DNA of 64,000 bases from Magallana gigas (taxonomy: Eukaryota), in NCBI RefSeq assembly GCF_963853765.1, contig NC_088854.1, positions 27,528,001-27,592,000 of the forward strand, given 5' to 3'. Below the pieces are notes generated by a model, which did not search any database, had not been told where the DNA came from, and saw nothing but the letters and a program-made list of their open reading frames with translations. Of the stretch, positions 1 through 13,102 are shown piece after piece. A program made the translations under genes and the position numbers. How positions within the stretch are numbered: the stretch's first letter is position 1; each line of letters begins with the position of its first letter.

Positions 1-91
1 ACCGGAATTCCAAAGCGCATACCATACAATAAAGCTTTTTATGGACATAGACTCTTTAGTCTCAAAATGGCGCCGTAAGCATAACTTTTAG

Positions 92-515
<424 letters not shown>

Positions 516-1519
516 AGTGTAGGAGGCATCTAAGGGACATGTGGTGAAATTAATTGTTTATGATACGTAAAACTCTAGTTCGAGAGATATGAATGCGAAT
601 TGCTTATGATATGCACAAAAAATGTTTTAACGACTTTTTAATTTTCAAATGATCAGGTAAAAACTCTCAATTAAAAATTTTAAACACCCAATACTATTCC
701 CTGAATTTGTATTTAATTCCGTACATGTATCAATTATAACACGTTTTGCATGTGATTCGGTGAAGAACCAGGAAAAAAATGGAAAATTAATTATTAAATT
801 AAAAACAAAAAGAGCTTGACAAGTTAAAAGAAGGATTGACTAGACCCAAAACCGTACGTTCTACATAATGTTTATCGTGGGTTTTTTTTTCATATTTCTT
901 GTCATTTATTTTCATTGCGATGAAAACATTTTATCAATTTCAATGTATAAGAATTTTTTAAAACTTGATCGATATCATAGGATAAATAGATTACTGATGC
1001 CTTGGTATGTATGTTTGTGTTTCGATGTATTTCAAGAAATATCGGTTGTCATGATTGTGAAATATGTTGTTTTGAATTCCATATAAACAAGACATTTTAT
1101 ACGATTAATAAAACAAATATACTGTAATAGTTTTGGCTTTTTCCTGCGACTTCCTATTAACCTTGTGTTTACTTGTGGTATTCATATTAAACGTTGTACA
1201 ACATATCATAATTTTAAATATTTTTTTAATAATTTTATTTTTAATTGATTGCATATACTTAGTATAATATATTGACTTTTACTGGTACCGAGTTTACATT
1301 AACAAATGTCATTCTAGTATGATTGGTCTCATGGTGGGAAACCTGCTAAACAATTACTGTATATAGTTTTTAAATGTCAGAATGCCAATTTTCAACAACA
1401 ATCTTTACAGACACAAGTCATTTAATTTGTAATAAGAATATCTTAATATTTTAGGTCACTTGTACAGAAGCATACTAGTGGCATATTATTTTTTCTTTCA
1501 AATTCTTAAAACTGCAAGA

Positions 1520-2593
1520 AACAAGAGGCCATCAGTCCATGATGGTCACCTAAGTGTCATATTCCTTGGACAGATCTGTTGTAAGGTATTATTTTTGCAT
1601 TTTAATCTTCCTTATGAAGTCAAGACCCTAATTTCAATTTAATGCTTAAAAAGGGTATTCATAAAAGGGGAAGAGAGTCGAAAGAATCTTGGATTATTTA
1701 TATTACACCTGTATCTAAGTTCTGGTGCAAAACAAATTCAAAGGTTTGGTAAAATTACTTTCATTTTATTTTTTTCGACTGTAATAGTGATGAAGAAAAT
1801 AATCATAATAGAATTCAATACATTTCACTATGTGGGCATTTTGGTCCTATCCAAAAGACCTGAAACCCTGGCCCAGGTTTCATAATTTAGGTAGTGTGTT
1901 TCATGAATATCATAACCATGGATTCAGTTCATCTTCCCTTGTTGTGGATGAAAATATTTTCTTAGTTTAAAGCCTGATCCTAGGGTCTAAACCCCCGACA
2001 GAGAGGCAATAAATTCCACAAGTTTGGTTGAGGACTCGATGAATATCAGATTAATTCATTACGTTTTTCTACTCCTGCTGTGGTAAGAGAGAAGATATTC
2101 TAAAATTAAATACATTTTCACTACATTGCTTTGGTGGCCCCGCCTGTACCACCGACGCAGGGGCAAAACATTTCATAATTTTGGTAGAAGGCTTCATAAA
2201 CATCGTAATCAGTTTTTCTGATTTGTATATAGGAGTGAAGAAGAAGATATCTTTAAATTATAATGAAGATTTTTAAATCTTAAAATTTAAATTAAAATAC
2301 ATTTCACTATATGTACATATTGGCAATATCCGAGTACCTGAATCCAGGGACTATGAATTTCAAATTTTTTTTTAGAAAGAAGAAGAGAATGATATTTTTG
2401 AAAATTTGGCCCTGTGCTGTGGTAATAATTTTTCATAATTTATATTCTTCTCGTCCCAGAGATGGTTTAAAAAATTGTAATAATTGGCATTGTAGTTTTT
2501 AAGAAGAAAGTGAAAATATACAATTGTTAACGCACAATGAACGACACACGACGGCGGACGAGGACCAATAGTAAGACTCAAGTGACCTAAAAA
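1520..2593 (+). mobile_element. Non-autonomous Helentron-like (HINE/DINE-1-type) element with internal tandem array
   Basis: Starts AACAAGAGGCC...GGTCACCTAAG, has internal degenerate ~170-bp repeats and a short ACG/GGAC-type microsatellite, and ends ...GTGACCTAAAAA. The same terminus occurs inverted at ~11790-11830 and in a variant at 13443. Superfamily assignment is by structure only. Confidence 0.6.
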
Positions 2594-2596
2594 GTA

Positions 2597-2885
2597 AGAC
2601 TATCTGGCGTAAACGTTCTTATTTCGTTTACGAGATAAGAGAAACGGAGAAAAGTTGAATAACTCGTAATCACGAGAAAATATCTCGATATTTTGAGTTA
2701 TTTATGTCGTTATTACGAGAAAATATCTTGTTTTTAAGGAGAAAATACTTCGTTATTGCGAGAAAATATCTCGTAATTATGAGAAAAGGTATCGTTAGAA
2801 CGAGCTTATTATTTCGAAATTTCGAGAAAAGATCTCGTAATCACGTGGTAATTATCTACATATGCCGTTATCTTTTCTCAAACAA
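2597..2885. repeat. Array of ~21-bp palindromic subunits (TCTCGTAATTACGAGA-like)
   Basis: Repeated ctcgtaat/acgagaaaa units are visible directly and explain ORF 2704-2895. Confidence 0.7.
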
Positions 2886-3689
2886 AAATGTGTAAGGAGG
2901 ACGTTGACTTCTATATTAAACTTAGAACATTAAATTCTTAAATTAACATATTAAACTATATGAATAAATATATATCAGAACAATGTGTAAGCATTTAATA
3001 AAATATGTTACTAGTTTGTGTTTTTTTTAACATTTTAGCTTTTTTCGGTATTGATTAATTCCTTAAAAAAACACATGTACATATATAGAGAAAACCGCTA
3101 TTATACTACTTTTTGTTTTACAAAAGTAAAACGGACTAGATATTATTGTGAGCAAGCTCACAATTGATACTCCCCGCTAAGAAAAAAATCATAACTGAAG
3201 AAGTTTGATATTGGAGGAAAAAATGGATGCTATCTATTTAACCGTCCATTTTCTATCAATAAAAACTGTTCTATTTTTTTTTTTTGTATTACTAATGCTA
3301 ATATGAGTACACAAACCGATTTCTATACTTTAAATTCAATTTTATTTCAACTTAACTGTTAATGCATGAAGACATTTATATCCTTATGATAACAAACATG
3401 ACTTGAATCAAACGATAATCCACTTGTCAAGCATCCATTAAATGTTTAGAATTTTTGGTATACCAAGCCCGTTTTTTTTTTACCGAAAATCTTTGTCCAC
3501 ACATTTTTTTTCGAGAAAAGATAAAATACATCGGAACGAGCCATATTCAGAGGGGCGGGCGGTGATCAAAATCTTTCAATTAATTTAATTTCGCCTTACA
3601 CAAGAAAGCTTTGTGTCAAATTTTACCTTCTAATCAAGATCATTTTCATTCATACAAGAAATGACATATATAAGACTTAAACATTTTTA

Positions 3690-4195
3690 AACAATGAATT
3701 TGAACTTGCTCAAATAAACTTGACTCAAATGACCTTGAGTCAAGGTCATGACATACCTTTAGGTCAAAGGCAATCTTAAAGTGAATTTAGAATATCTAAT
3801 GGTTTTCCATAAGAAGAATATAAACCAGGCACAACTTTTGCACTTTTTCTGCCAGTGACCTTGACTTTGCCTAAATGACCTTGGGTCAAGGTAATGACAC
3901 CCCCAAGGTCATAAGCAATCTTTGAGTCAAGTAAAACTTCAATTGTCTCTCCATAAGAAAGATAGGACTGGACACGAATTTTGCACTTTTTCTGCCAATG
4001 ACCTTGACCTTGCCCAAATGACCTTGGGTCAAGATCATGACACACCCTCAGATAAGCAATCATTATGTGAAGTAAGAACTTCCAATGTTTCTCCATAAGA
4101 AAAATATGGACCGGACACGAATATTGCACGGACGGACGAACAAAGTGATTCCTATATACCCCCCCCCCCCCAACTTTGTTTGCGGGGAGTATAAA
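3690..4195 (+). mobile_element. Non-autonomous HINE-like repeat (TGACCTTG-rich array, GGAC microsatellite, terminal CCCC...GGGG hairpin)
   Basis: Tandem units contain tgaccttgac/aatgaccttgggtcaag, followed by gcacggacggacgaac and tatataccccc...tttgcggggagtataa. Explains ORF 3776-4294. Confidence 0.6.
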
Positions 4196-4274
4196 AATAA
4201 AAGAATTTATCATGTTTAAGAGAATATCGCAAATGTTCGTCCATTTTACATATCTATGAAAGCCCATCGAGCTC

Positions 4275-4381
4275 ATTTTCGCCAATAAACGCAAAACTTT
4301 CGCGATATAACACGTTAGTTTTGCGAATAAACGCGTTACTTTCGCGATATAACACGAAACTTTCGTGAAGAACGCAAAACT
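4275..4381. repeat. Short ~21-bp tandem array (tttcgcgatataacacg...)
   Basis: About five degenerate copies seen directly. Confidence 0.65.
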
Positions 4382-5039
4382 TAAATGTTCTCATTTCATA
4401 CATGAACCCCTTTGAAGAACAATGACTGAGAACCAGCATATTTTAGTTTTTAGTTAAAAAAAGTAATCTTTTAATAAAAAGATGTAAATTAATCAGATTA
4501 AACTTTATACAAATTGATATAAATTCAAACGTAGGAAATCTTTAAAATCTCAGTACTGTCTATCAGAGTACGTAATGCATATAGATTCTCACATTCACAT
4601 GGGCGCTGTTTTATAGAAATGAGGCACAAGCATATTTGCATTATAAAAATTTTAATTCGAATAAAAAGTTTTATTAAATATCATTGTAGAATTGAAAGGA
4701 TATCAATGTTCAAAACGCTATATTATATGTTATATCGCCGTGACATAAATTAACGTCTAGTTTTATATCAGAAAAATTCGTCAAGGTATGAATTGAAATA
4801 AATTCAATTTATACATTTTTCAAATCTAAATAATGTAAATTCGTCCTTTAAATATTAATCACATATGTCATTTGAAAATCATTCCTAAGATTTCAAAGAT
4901 TTCCCACGGTTGAATTCATATACATGTTATAAATAAAAAGATAATGATACGATCCTTCCTAAACAACTGATGTTTGTGAATCACTTATTCCCCCTTTTTT
5001 GGAAACATCTACGAGGAAAATTAACGTAAACGGCAAAAA

Positions 5040-5790
5040 ATTGGAATTTTTCAAAGTCCATGAGGCATAACTCTGTCAGGTATTTACTCGGTCGTACCCA
5101 AAATTTAAGAACTAAGTCTAAAGGGCATCACTCTGTCTAAAATTGCTTGATTGTATTCAAAATTAAACTTGACCTAGATATCAATATGATAAATATGTAC
5201 TCCAAATTTTATTTCAATATGTGCAACTTCTGCAAAGAAAACAAGACATATTTAGCAAATGCTCACTAGTGATACCCCCGCTCTGATGTGAATATTCAAA
5301 ATAAACAAAGTCGACATTTAACAGGAAGGTGGCATCTGATTGATACAAAAATAAATTCCACAATATGGCATGCCTAAACAAATAGAGTGTGAAAATTTCA
5401 AGCAGCTGCAATAAATATTTGCTGAGAAATCTTTGACGAAAATTTAGGCTAAAAATAAACAAAGTCGTCATTTAACAGTAAAATGACGTCCAATTGGTAC
5501 AAAAATACATACCACGAAATAGCATGCCTAAATAAGTAGAGTGTTAAAATTTCCAGCATCTGCGATAAATAGTTGCTGAGTTAAATGCGACAGAATATTT
5601 TGTGACAGACAGAAGGACAGACAGACAAGGGTAGTAAAACAGTATACCCTTCTCCTTCGGAGAGGGGGTATAATGAACGGGAAAGAGTAAAACAGTATAC
5701 CCCCTTCTCCTTCGGAGAGGGGGAATAATGAACGGGAAATGAAAAAGAGACAGACAGCAAAGCAATATCCTTTTCTTCGGAAGGTATAAA
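5040..5790 (+). mobile_element. HINE-like repeat with (GACA)n and a triplicated terminal hairpin
   Basis: Internal repeats are followed by gacagacagaaggacagacagac and then two or three copies of a TACCC..CTCC-TTCG-GAGA..GGGTA hairpin. Confidence 0.6.
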
Positions 5791-6119
5791 TATAATTTTT
5801 CTTACTATTATCGATCTAAACTACATTAACATGTAACAAGCAATTGATATGCATATTATTACGATATTTTTTTTTCATTTTTAGGCACGCGCACTTGAAA
5901 GGCCCCAAAACTGTCATATAAAAATGTTCCACATGCCATGGTATGTAGATGTAGAGGATGGTGACATCTATATAGAATAGAATTTATTTATTTTTTTCAA
6001 ACATTTTGTTGTTTAGACTGTAAGTTTTTTTTTCAAAAATTAATATTCATTATATTAAAGATCAATTCTCAAAGTAATTCTGCATTTTCTGAAAAAAAAC
6101 ATACTTGAGAAAATCTTTG

Positions 6120-6560
6120 AAATTGGGTTTGCCTTTGCTGATTTTGTTGACATTTTCAGTGTGGTTGTCTGCTGAAGGGTTAATATCCAATACACTGATC
6201 CCTTGTTTGGTGATTTCAGCAGCTCTGGAAATCTCTATGAACTTGTCTAAGGTGAGTTCAGGGGCCCTTAATAAGCGTTAATCTATAATTCCATAAACGA
6301 TTCTATCTCTTCCTAATAAATCCATTATTTCACTATAGTTATACTTGGCTGCTTATGTTTTTAAATCGATGGTGAATGTCTCAATTGCATCACCTGGTTC
6401 TTGTTTCCTCATATTGAACTTGAATCCCTCCACAGTTTCGTTACTTTTGGGCAGTAGGCGTCAAAAGCGTCAAGGACTTCTCTCAGTGCTCGGTCCTTCT
6501 CTTCTTTGTCGAACTTCAGCGTGTTGTCAATCTCCTACCATCCGCACCGATCAAATATTT
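6120..6560 (-). pseudogene. Degraded Ty3/Gypsy gag fragment
   Basis: The minus strand reads, with stops and a frameshift, REVLDAFDAYCPK / NETVEGFKFNMRKQEPGDAIETFTIDLKT*AA ... LGRDRIVYGIID*RLLRAPELTLDKFIEISRAAEITKQ. This resembles the Gypsy gag motifs ETVERYKFxxRxQ and RDRIVxGI...LTLDKAIxICRAAE. Confidence 0.8.
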
Positions 6561-7354
6561 CAGTAACTGTAATTTCGCTTTGTCTTATTCTTCCTCTTTC
6601 ATCGAAAGAAATGCGTACAATTCAAACACTGATATGCATTCACAATTTATTTCTTATCGTCGTTAGGGTGGACACACTGTAAAAACAAAACAAAAATGCT
6701 TTTTTTTCCAAATGGTGCTTTTTGACTTGGTTTAATAGGACGCCATCATTGATCTCAGAATAGAGCTGTTACAACAGCTAATATTAATGGATAAGGATTA
6801 AGCTAATATTGTTTCGATGAATATTCCACATTTCTGTTGCACAAAACACATTAATAAAGGGTATGAAAAGCATGATTTAATATAGAAAAAGCGTATAATT
6901 TCCAACTAGGTAATTATACAAGTCACTGTCGATCGTATTTGTATAAAATGCTAACCTGGAACATATTTTCTTTAAAGATGAAATTCAGATGGATCAATTT
7001 AACCATATAAAATGTTTTCATCCTGATTTCCTAAAATATCTACAACTAACATTGTAACAATCTCAATAGTCTTACAATAAAAGTAGGATAACTAGACAAA
7101 ATGCGACAATGTTACAATTTTAAAAATCAGAAACAAACAAACAAATTACATTTAAAAAATAGTTTGAATACTAGTATCCGTTTGGTATTTCTAGACTTGC
7201 TTACGTTTCGGGTTAACAGTTTTTGTTTGGAACTTTATTCTTAAACGGAAACCAGTTTGGTTATGGGTATTGAAATGAAAGGCATGTATGAAAAAATGAC
7301 AATAATAAACCGTCAACCATCTCAAAAATCCATAAAACGAAATACAAATTCAAA

Positions 7355-7495
7355 GCAAAGCTACACGGACCTCCAAAAAGATAGAGATAGGATCAGGTAC
7401 CTAGGAGGAGTGAGCATCCTCTGCTGACCAGTCACACCCGCCGTGTGCCCTTTGTCGTAATCGGGAAAAAAACGGAAAAGTCCGTTGACAATTTG
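7355..7495 (-). mobile_element. Short GC-rich interspersed retroposon-like fragment
   Basis: GC-rich island GGCGGGTGTGACTGGTCAGCAGAGGATGCTCACTCCTCCTAGGTACCTGATCC in AT-rich context, resembling a common bivalve repeat end. Family not determined. Confidence 0.45.
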
Positions 7496-7522
7496 TATGA
7501 AAAACGTCAGTCAGCATTTATA

Positions 7523-7707
7523 TTAATAGTTTTTTAGACGACTATTTTTTTTATTCATAAATTAATTTAACACTTTTCACAAAATCTGTAACAAAGATTT
7601 ACTAATATCAAAAACTTCACTTCTTAGAATTAAACTAATGAAATTTTACATATTTTTGTGTGATTAAATTATAAATAAAAAATAGATCGTCTAAAAACAA
7701 CTATTAA
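7523..7707. mobile_element. MITE with ~25-bp TIRs flanked by TTAA
   Basis: Left ttaa-tagttttttagacgactattttt; right aaaaatagatcgtctaaaaacaacta-ttaa. Confidence 0.65.
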
Positions 7708-7834
7708 TCTCATTGACTGTATCTTATGAATTTATATAATACAGTGTCAACTCAAAAGAACCAGAAATTTAAATCTTCAAGAAGAATTATGCAAAATCAT
7801 AAAATGTAAAGCACTGTTCAAAATATGAGCCTTG

Positions 7835-8228
7835 TTTTTAGCCGGGCTCTGCTGAAAGCAGAGTCCTGGCTGTAGGCAGGCAAATCGCCAATGTTACTAT
7901 AAATAGCACAACAAAAAACCAAACAGCGTCAAAGTAAAAGCTTCCGCTATACCAAATAGTTACTTAAAGAGCCACGTTTTGTCAAAAGTGTTGGCATTTT
8001 GTTTCTTTTTTTTAATTTCGAGAGAATTGTCTATCTTTTTTAGTTTTCTTATTAATAACGTGTTTTAAAAAGAACACTAATGCATTTTCGACACATACAA
8101 TGCGCATGAATTTCCATGAACTACTTTGCTGCGCATTGAAGAAACAGGGATTGAATATATAACGCCTGTTGCAAAATTCAAGGCAGCAAAATTTGGTCGC
8201 TCTCTGACGCTTTGCCGACATTAAAAGC

Positions 8229-8289
<61 letters not shown>

Positions 8290-8400
8290 ATTTATTTCAG
8301 TCTTTACTACACAATATGCATAAAGACACACCAAAAGAGCCCGGCTTTCAGTACTTCAGTACTTTGATTAACATTGGCAGTGGCCCATATTTACAGTATC
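7835..8400 (+). mobile_element. Interspersed repeat carrying a (GA)n tract, copy 1 (copy 2 at 24590-24880)
   Basis: Both copies share gggct(c/t)tgctgaaa...cctggct(g/a)taggca...aaaaaaccaaacagc(g/a)tcaaag...ctataccaaatagtt, then (GA)n, then aagagcc..gctttcagtactt..gtactttgat. Confidence 0.75.
8231..8286. repeat. (GA)28 microsatellite
   Basis: Seen directly. Confidence 0.98.
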
Positions 8401-10429
8401 ACGACACATCATTCTAGATCGATGTGTTTTAAATTATTGTCAATTTACTGTACAGAATACCACCATTTGATTTTTATTCTGGTCGGGCTGTGACCCGTTT
8501 CTCTGTTGAGGACCAATGACTGATTACATAAATGAAGTCGCGAATCTGGAATATTATCAGTACAACAAGCAACAAGCAGGGCCACCATGTGAGCTTAATA
8601 AGTGTAAAAGATCAATGCCCAAGTCGTTTAAATAGTTATGGATGCTAGCTACGGAGGTAGTTCATGTAATGATGTACACTCTAACATAAACTCACAATCC
8701 CTTTCTAAGTAATTAGAGACGAAACATGGTAAATGCATTTCCATGCGTTTTTCAAAATGATGCTTTTTACTTGTTGATCGGGTTAACTTTCAATGACGCC
8801 ATCAGTGATTTCAGGAGTGGAGTTTTGCAACAGCTAAAGGTAGGAGATCTGGTATAAGAAGATACGGTTATTAAACTAACTGGTGTTTCGTTGAACATTC
8901 CACATTATATGTTGTACAAAACACATTTTAAAAGGATATGAAAAGCCAGGATTGGTAAAGAGAAAGCAATATCATTCCCAACTAAGTATGAATTAAATAT
9001 TTAAACTTTTAAACCTTATAAATGCCCATTTCATTATGACCCTGTTTCCAACGCTCTTACTGATCTTGCCCGTCACACATCAAGCTTGATTTTCTTTACC
9101 TTTGGTCAAATTTGGACACAGACGCACATACAGTACCACCTTAGAGTAAAAACAATGCAATAACAAAACCCATGCTGCAAGATCTAAGTCACAGCCGTAA
9201 TTGTAAAAAAAAACTAGCCTAAAACATAGTCTCTTTTTAAAATGAATTTGGAGCTGCATGCCATCTTGATTGTATGGATCAATTTAACCATTTTAAATGT
9301 TTTCATCCTAATTTCCTAAAGTAAGTACAACTGAAGTTTAAACAATCTCAATAATCATGAAAAAATAGTAAGATAATTAGACAAAATGCTACTGGTGTTA
9401 CGAATTAATAATTATTAATTAATAATCAAAAAACAAAAACAACCACAAACTATTTTGAATATCCGTTTAGTATTTTTAGACATGCTTAGGAATCAGGCTA
9501 ATAGTTTTTTTTTATATCGAACTTAATCTAATACTTCAACAGAGACCAATTTGGTTATGGGTATTGAAATTAAAGGCAAAACGCCATAAACGATGAATAG
9601 GAGATCAAATTTTATGTCATATAATAAGAAAGCCATTATTCCAATAGTTTAATTGAAAAGATATTGAGTTTTTATGCATTTATGGACCCTTTAATTTCTT
9701 CGTAGACATCGACCGCGATATCTCCCCTACAATGAATGCACCCTTCAACTTTTATATGTAACCACCATTCGCTATAAATCTCCTGAAATTAATGCACCAA
9801 GTCTTTACATTTATATAACGAAATTAAATCCCACGGCCATAAATAAAATTCGATATCGATTATTGGAAATTGGAACTGGCTCCCTCGTTCTTCTTATTAT
9901 GATTCATTAATGCATATTTTTTTTCGTTGCTAGTAGAACGAGTATAAGGTCGTATACGCTTATAAATATTTACATTTTATCGTTGGTAGCAGTAAGAGTA
10001 TATATTCATATATGTTGATATATATTTAAAATATATACTTAATATGGATTTTTTTAAAATTCTAATTGGGATTTCACAGAGAAGGTAGGTGAAACACATA
10101 ACAATTATTTCTTGGTTTAAACCCCTAAATTTGGGACATCGCTTTTTTAAATATCATCAGATATCCATTACATGAAAATAGTCAGATATTTATATGGTGC
10201 AGAGTAGACACTGTGGTTTTAATTATTTTCGTGGGCTTCAATTTTGGTAAATTAAATGAAAAATCTTAAAGTTTCGGGGTTTTAATAACTATATTCTTGG
10301 TTAATGTTCATAATAATAATCTATTGTTAACATCCCTTAATTTAAACTTTTATTTTTTTTCACTATCCTGAAAACCGACGTATCCACGAAAATACATGCC
10401 CACGATTAAGCAAAAAAAACCCCAATCCA

Positions 10430-11830
10430 TCAGGTCAAGGGCTCTACGTTGGAGCTTATATGGGCGTTTAGTGAAAATGTATTAAATATTTTAAAAAATA
10501 TTCTTCTCTACTCCCATCAATGTGGATAAAAATCTGGTTGCATGATTATGAGGTCCATGAAGCTCTCTACCAAAATTGTGAAATTCATAGCCTCTGGGCC
10601 TGGGGTTCAGGCCCATGGGTTAGGCCAAAATTATCATATAGTGAAAACAAATTATTTCTTACAAAAATCTCCTTCTTTATTCCCATAAATTTTTTAAAAA
10701 ATTTAGATGCATGGTTATGATATCCATGAAGCCCTCTTTCAAAATTGTGAAATTCAAGGCCCCTGGGTTAGGGGTTTAGGATCTAGAGCAGGGCCATTAT
10801 GTACATATAGAGAAAATGTATTAAGTTTTAAAATAATCTTCTCTACTCGGCACAAGTGGGAAAAAAACTAAATGCCTAATTTTGAAGTCCATGAAGCCCT
10901 CTGCCTAAACTGTAAATTCATAGCCCATGGGCAAGGGGTTCAGACCCTAGGGTGGGGCCAAAATGACCATATATAGTGAAAATGTATAAAATTTTCTTTT
11001 CTACTTTGATATATGTTTGAGAATGCTGAATGCATTATTGGGGTTTTTTTTTCAGAAAGCCCTCTACCTAAATTGTAATATATTGTGACTCTTGGTCAGG
11101 GGTTTAGACCCTTTGGTTAGCGCCAATATAGCAACAAAGTGAAAATTATGAAAATTTTAAACATATTTTTCTGTACTTTCACTGTTGTTGGAGATAAACT
11201 AAATGCATTGTTATTATGTCCATAATGTCCTCTTTTTAAAAAGAGAATTTCACTGCCCATGGGGAAGAGGTTGAGAGTTTTTTTTTGTGGGGAGGGGGAC
11301 TAATGTGGCTTTATAATGAACATATATTTTTTAGGTCAGTTCAAACACTCGGGTACTAACTTATTGCCATTGGTCGTACGTGGACTGTAAACTGTTTACA
11401 GTTGTTAACATAAAAACTTCAAAGAAAACCTGTCACTTGGCCACATTAAATTAAGATATGTTCTATTTCAGGAAATATACTTTATTTTCATGTGCGTTTA
11501 ATGCTTGTTTGCATTTTCAAAGAAACTGAATACTGATTGACTATTACAGACCATCAGGTCTCATTTTAACCAAATTTTACAATTTTTGGTCCTGGAGCTT
11601 GGGTGTAGATAATCTGATAATTTTCTGACTCTTGCCTCCTCTGCCCTCGCCTAATTTATGAATTGGTGTTTGCAAACGTCAATTAAGAAAAGAGGGTTCT
11701 TGTCAGAGGAAAATTTGGATTAAGGTTTAGACCCAAAACTGAAATTTAAAATGCAAACATGAGACTTCCTACTAGATCTACTCAAGTGCAATGGTACTCA
11801 GGTGACCGTCAAGCCTGTTGGCCTCTTGTT
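10430..11830 (-). mobile_element. HINE-like element of the same family as 1520-2593, inverted
   Basis: Ends ...ctcaggtgaccgtcaagcctgttggcctcttgtt (reverse complement of AACAAGAGGCC...GGTCACCTGAG). Internal ~170-bp degenerate tandem units at 10430-11350. Confidence 0.6.
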
Positions 11831-12345
11831 CTAGATCTATCATCTATTTAATGCGCAGTGTCTGTGTATTGACTGCGCATGACAGAAAACGGATGGCAAA
11901 TTTACTTTTATTGTTTATATAGCTTATCTATCGCAAAAAATAAAATTGAGAGAATTCTTATATTTATTTTCAAAGAATTTTCGATGCTTTTCTTACTCGG
12001 GAATAACAAATAATTCTAAAGAAAAAAATTCAAATCTGAATACTCTTCGTTTGTTTTTAAATTCGAATCTTGTTCACAATATTGAATTTTTCAAAAATTT
12101 TACATAACATACTTAGTAGTATGTTGAGATCTTGTTAATCTGTTTGTTTAAAAAAATCTGGGTATTAATTTAAATTACTTTCGTATCTGAACTGTTTTTA
12201 ATTTTCCTTTCCGCCATCTTTATTAGAAATGGCGGAGAAATTCATCAAGCAAAGTACTTATCTCGATCTGTAAACAATATCATGAAGGTTGTATTTATAT
12301 ATTGATAAATAATTATTGCTATGAAATCTTTATCATTTATTGTAG

Positions 12346-12563
12346 TTAACGTCCAAAAAGATCAAGAAAAAGAATGTAAGGGCCTTCAATATTTCGCCAT
12401 GTGCCGACTGTGTAAAGGAAGCTATCGTTCGTGTGTTTTCCTACCATGTTGTCACATTTTGTTTTGTTGGAACTGTGGACAACATTTCATAAGCTGCGAT
12501 GAGTGTCAATCGGTGGTGAACAAGCGGATGCATGTGGCAATGGGAAGGTCCTCGCCAAATTAA
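12346..12563 (+). CDS. Terminal exon encoding an IAP-type C3HC4 RING finger (upstream exons not identified)
   Basis: Acceptor tttattgtag at 12336-12345. CRLC-x11-CxH-x3-CxxC-x6-CxxC has exactly the C-terminal RING spacing of IAP/RNF34-type proteins. Stop at 12563 with AATAAA signals downstream. Confidence 0.7.
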
Positions 12564-12963
12564 CTCTTTTATGAAGAAAGCTTACATAGGCATTGCCTTC
12601 TGCCTTATGCATTTATGTAAATAAATATTTGCATAATAAACTCTATATGTATCGTATCCTTGAAAATCATATGCTAAACAACTTTCAACAAAAACAGATC
12701 ATCTTTCCTCATAAGTTCTAAGTTCCAGGTTGTCATTACGATATCAAATGATTCTATGGACGAATATGTATAAACATGATAAATGTATGAAAAAAAAAAA
12801 TTAACCTACAATAATGTTATATTTGGAGATACATTGTAGTTTTGTGCATTGTATAATCATGAAATAAAGCGAACAATAAAAACAAAACAAAAACATTGCT
12901 ATATTATGTTTGAAAATTAATTCATAGTGGATCCTTGAAACAATAAGTAATTTGTTCTAAACA

Positions 12964-13102
12964 NNNNNNNNNNNNNNNNNNNNNNNNNNNNNNNNNNNNN
13001 NNNNNNNNNNNNNNNNNNNNNNNNNNNNNNNNNNNNNNNNNNNNNNNNNNNNNNNNNNNNNNNNNNNNNNNNNNNNNNNNNNNNNNNNNNNNNNNNNNNN
13101 NN
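12964..13102. other. Assembly gap (139 N)
   Basis: Run of N. Confidence 1.

Noticed and set aside
3776-4294. 172-aa ORF and similar ORFs at 16506-16712, 52041-52250, 57614-58051, 58078-58341
   Set aside because: They lie wholly within non-autonomous repeats and have no domain signatures.
5885-5940. Possible small exon (tttag...ATG|gtatgt) upstream of the RING exon
   Set aside because: The only open frame ends in phase 2, whereas the RING exon needs phase 1, and there is no BIR-like motif. Left unannotated.
6160-6251. Plus-strand open segment with good AG/GTGAGT boundaries that looks like an exon
   Set aside because: It is the antisense of the decayed Gypsy gag fragment, and no recognisable protein is encoded on the plus strand.
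8229-8417. ORFs with RE or SL dipeptide runs (also 31159-31362, 50860-51072)
   Set aside because: They are translations of (GA)n/(CT)n microsatellites.
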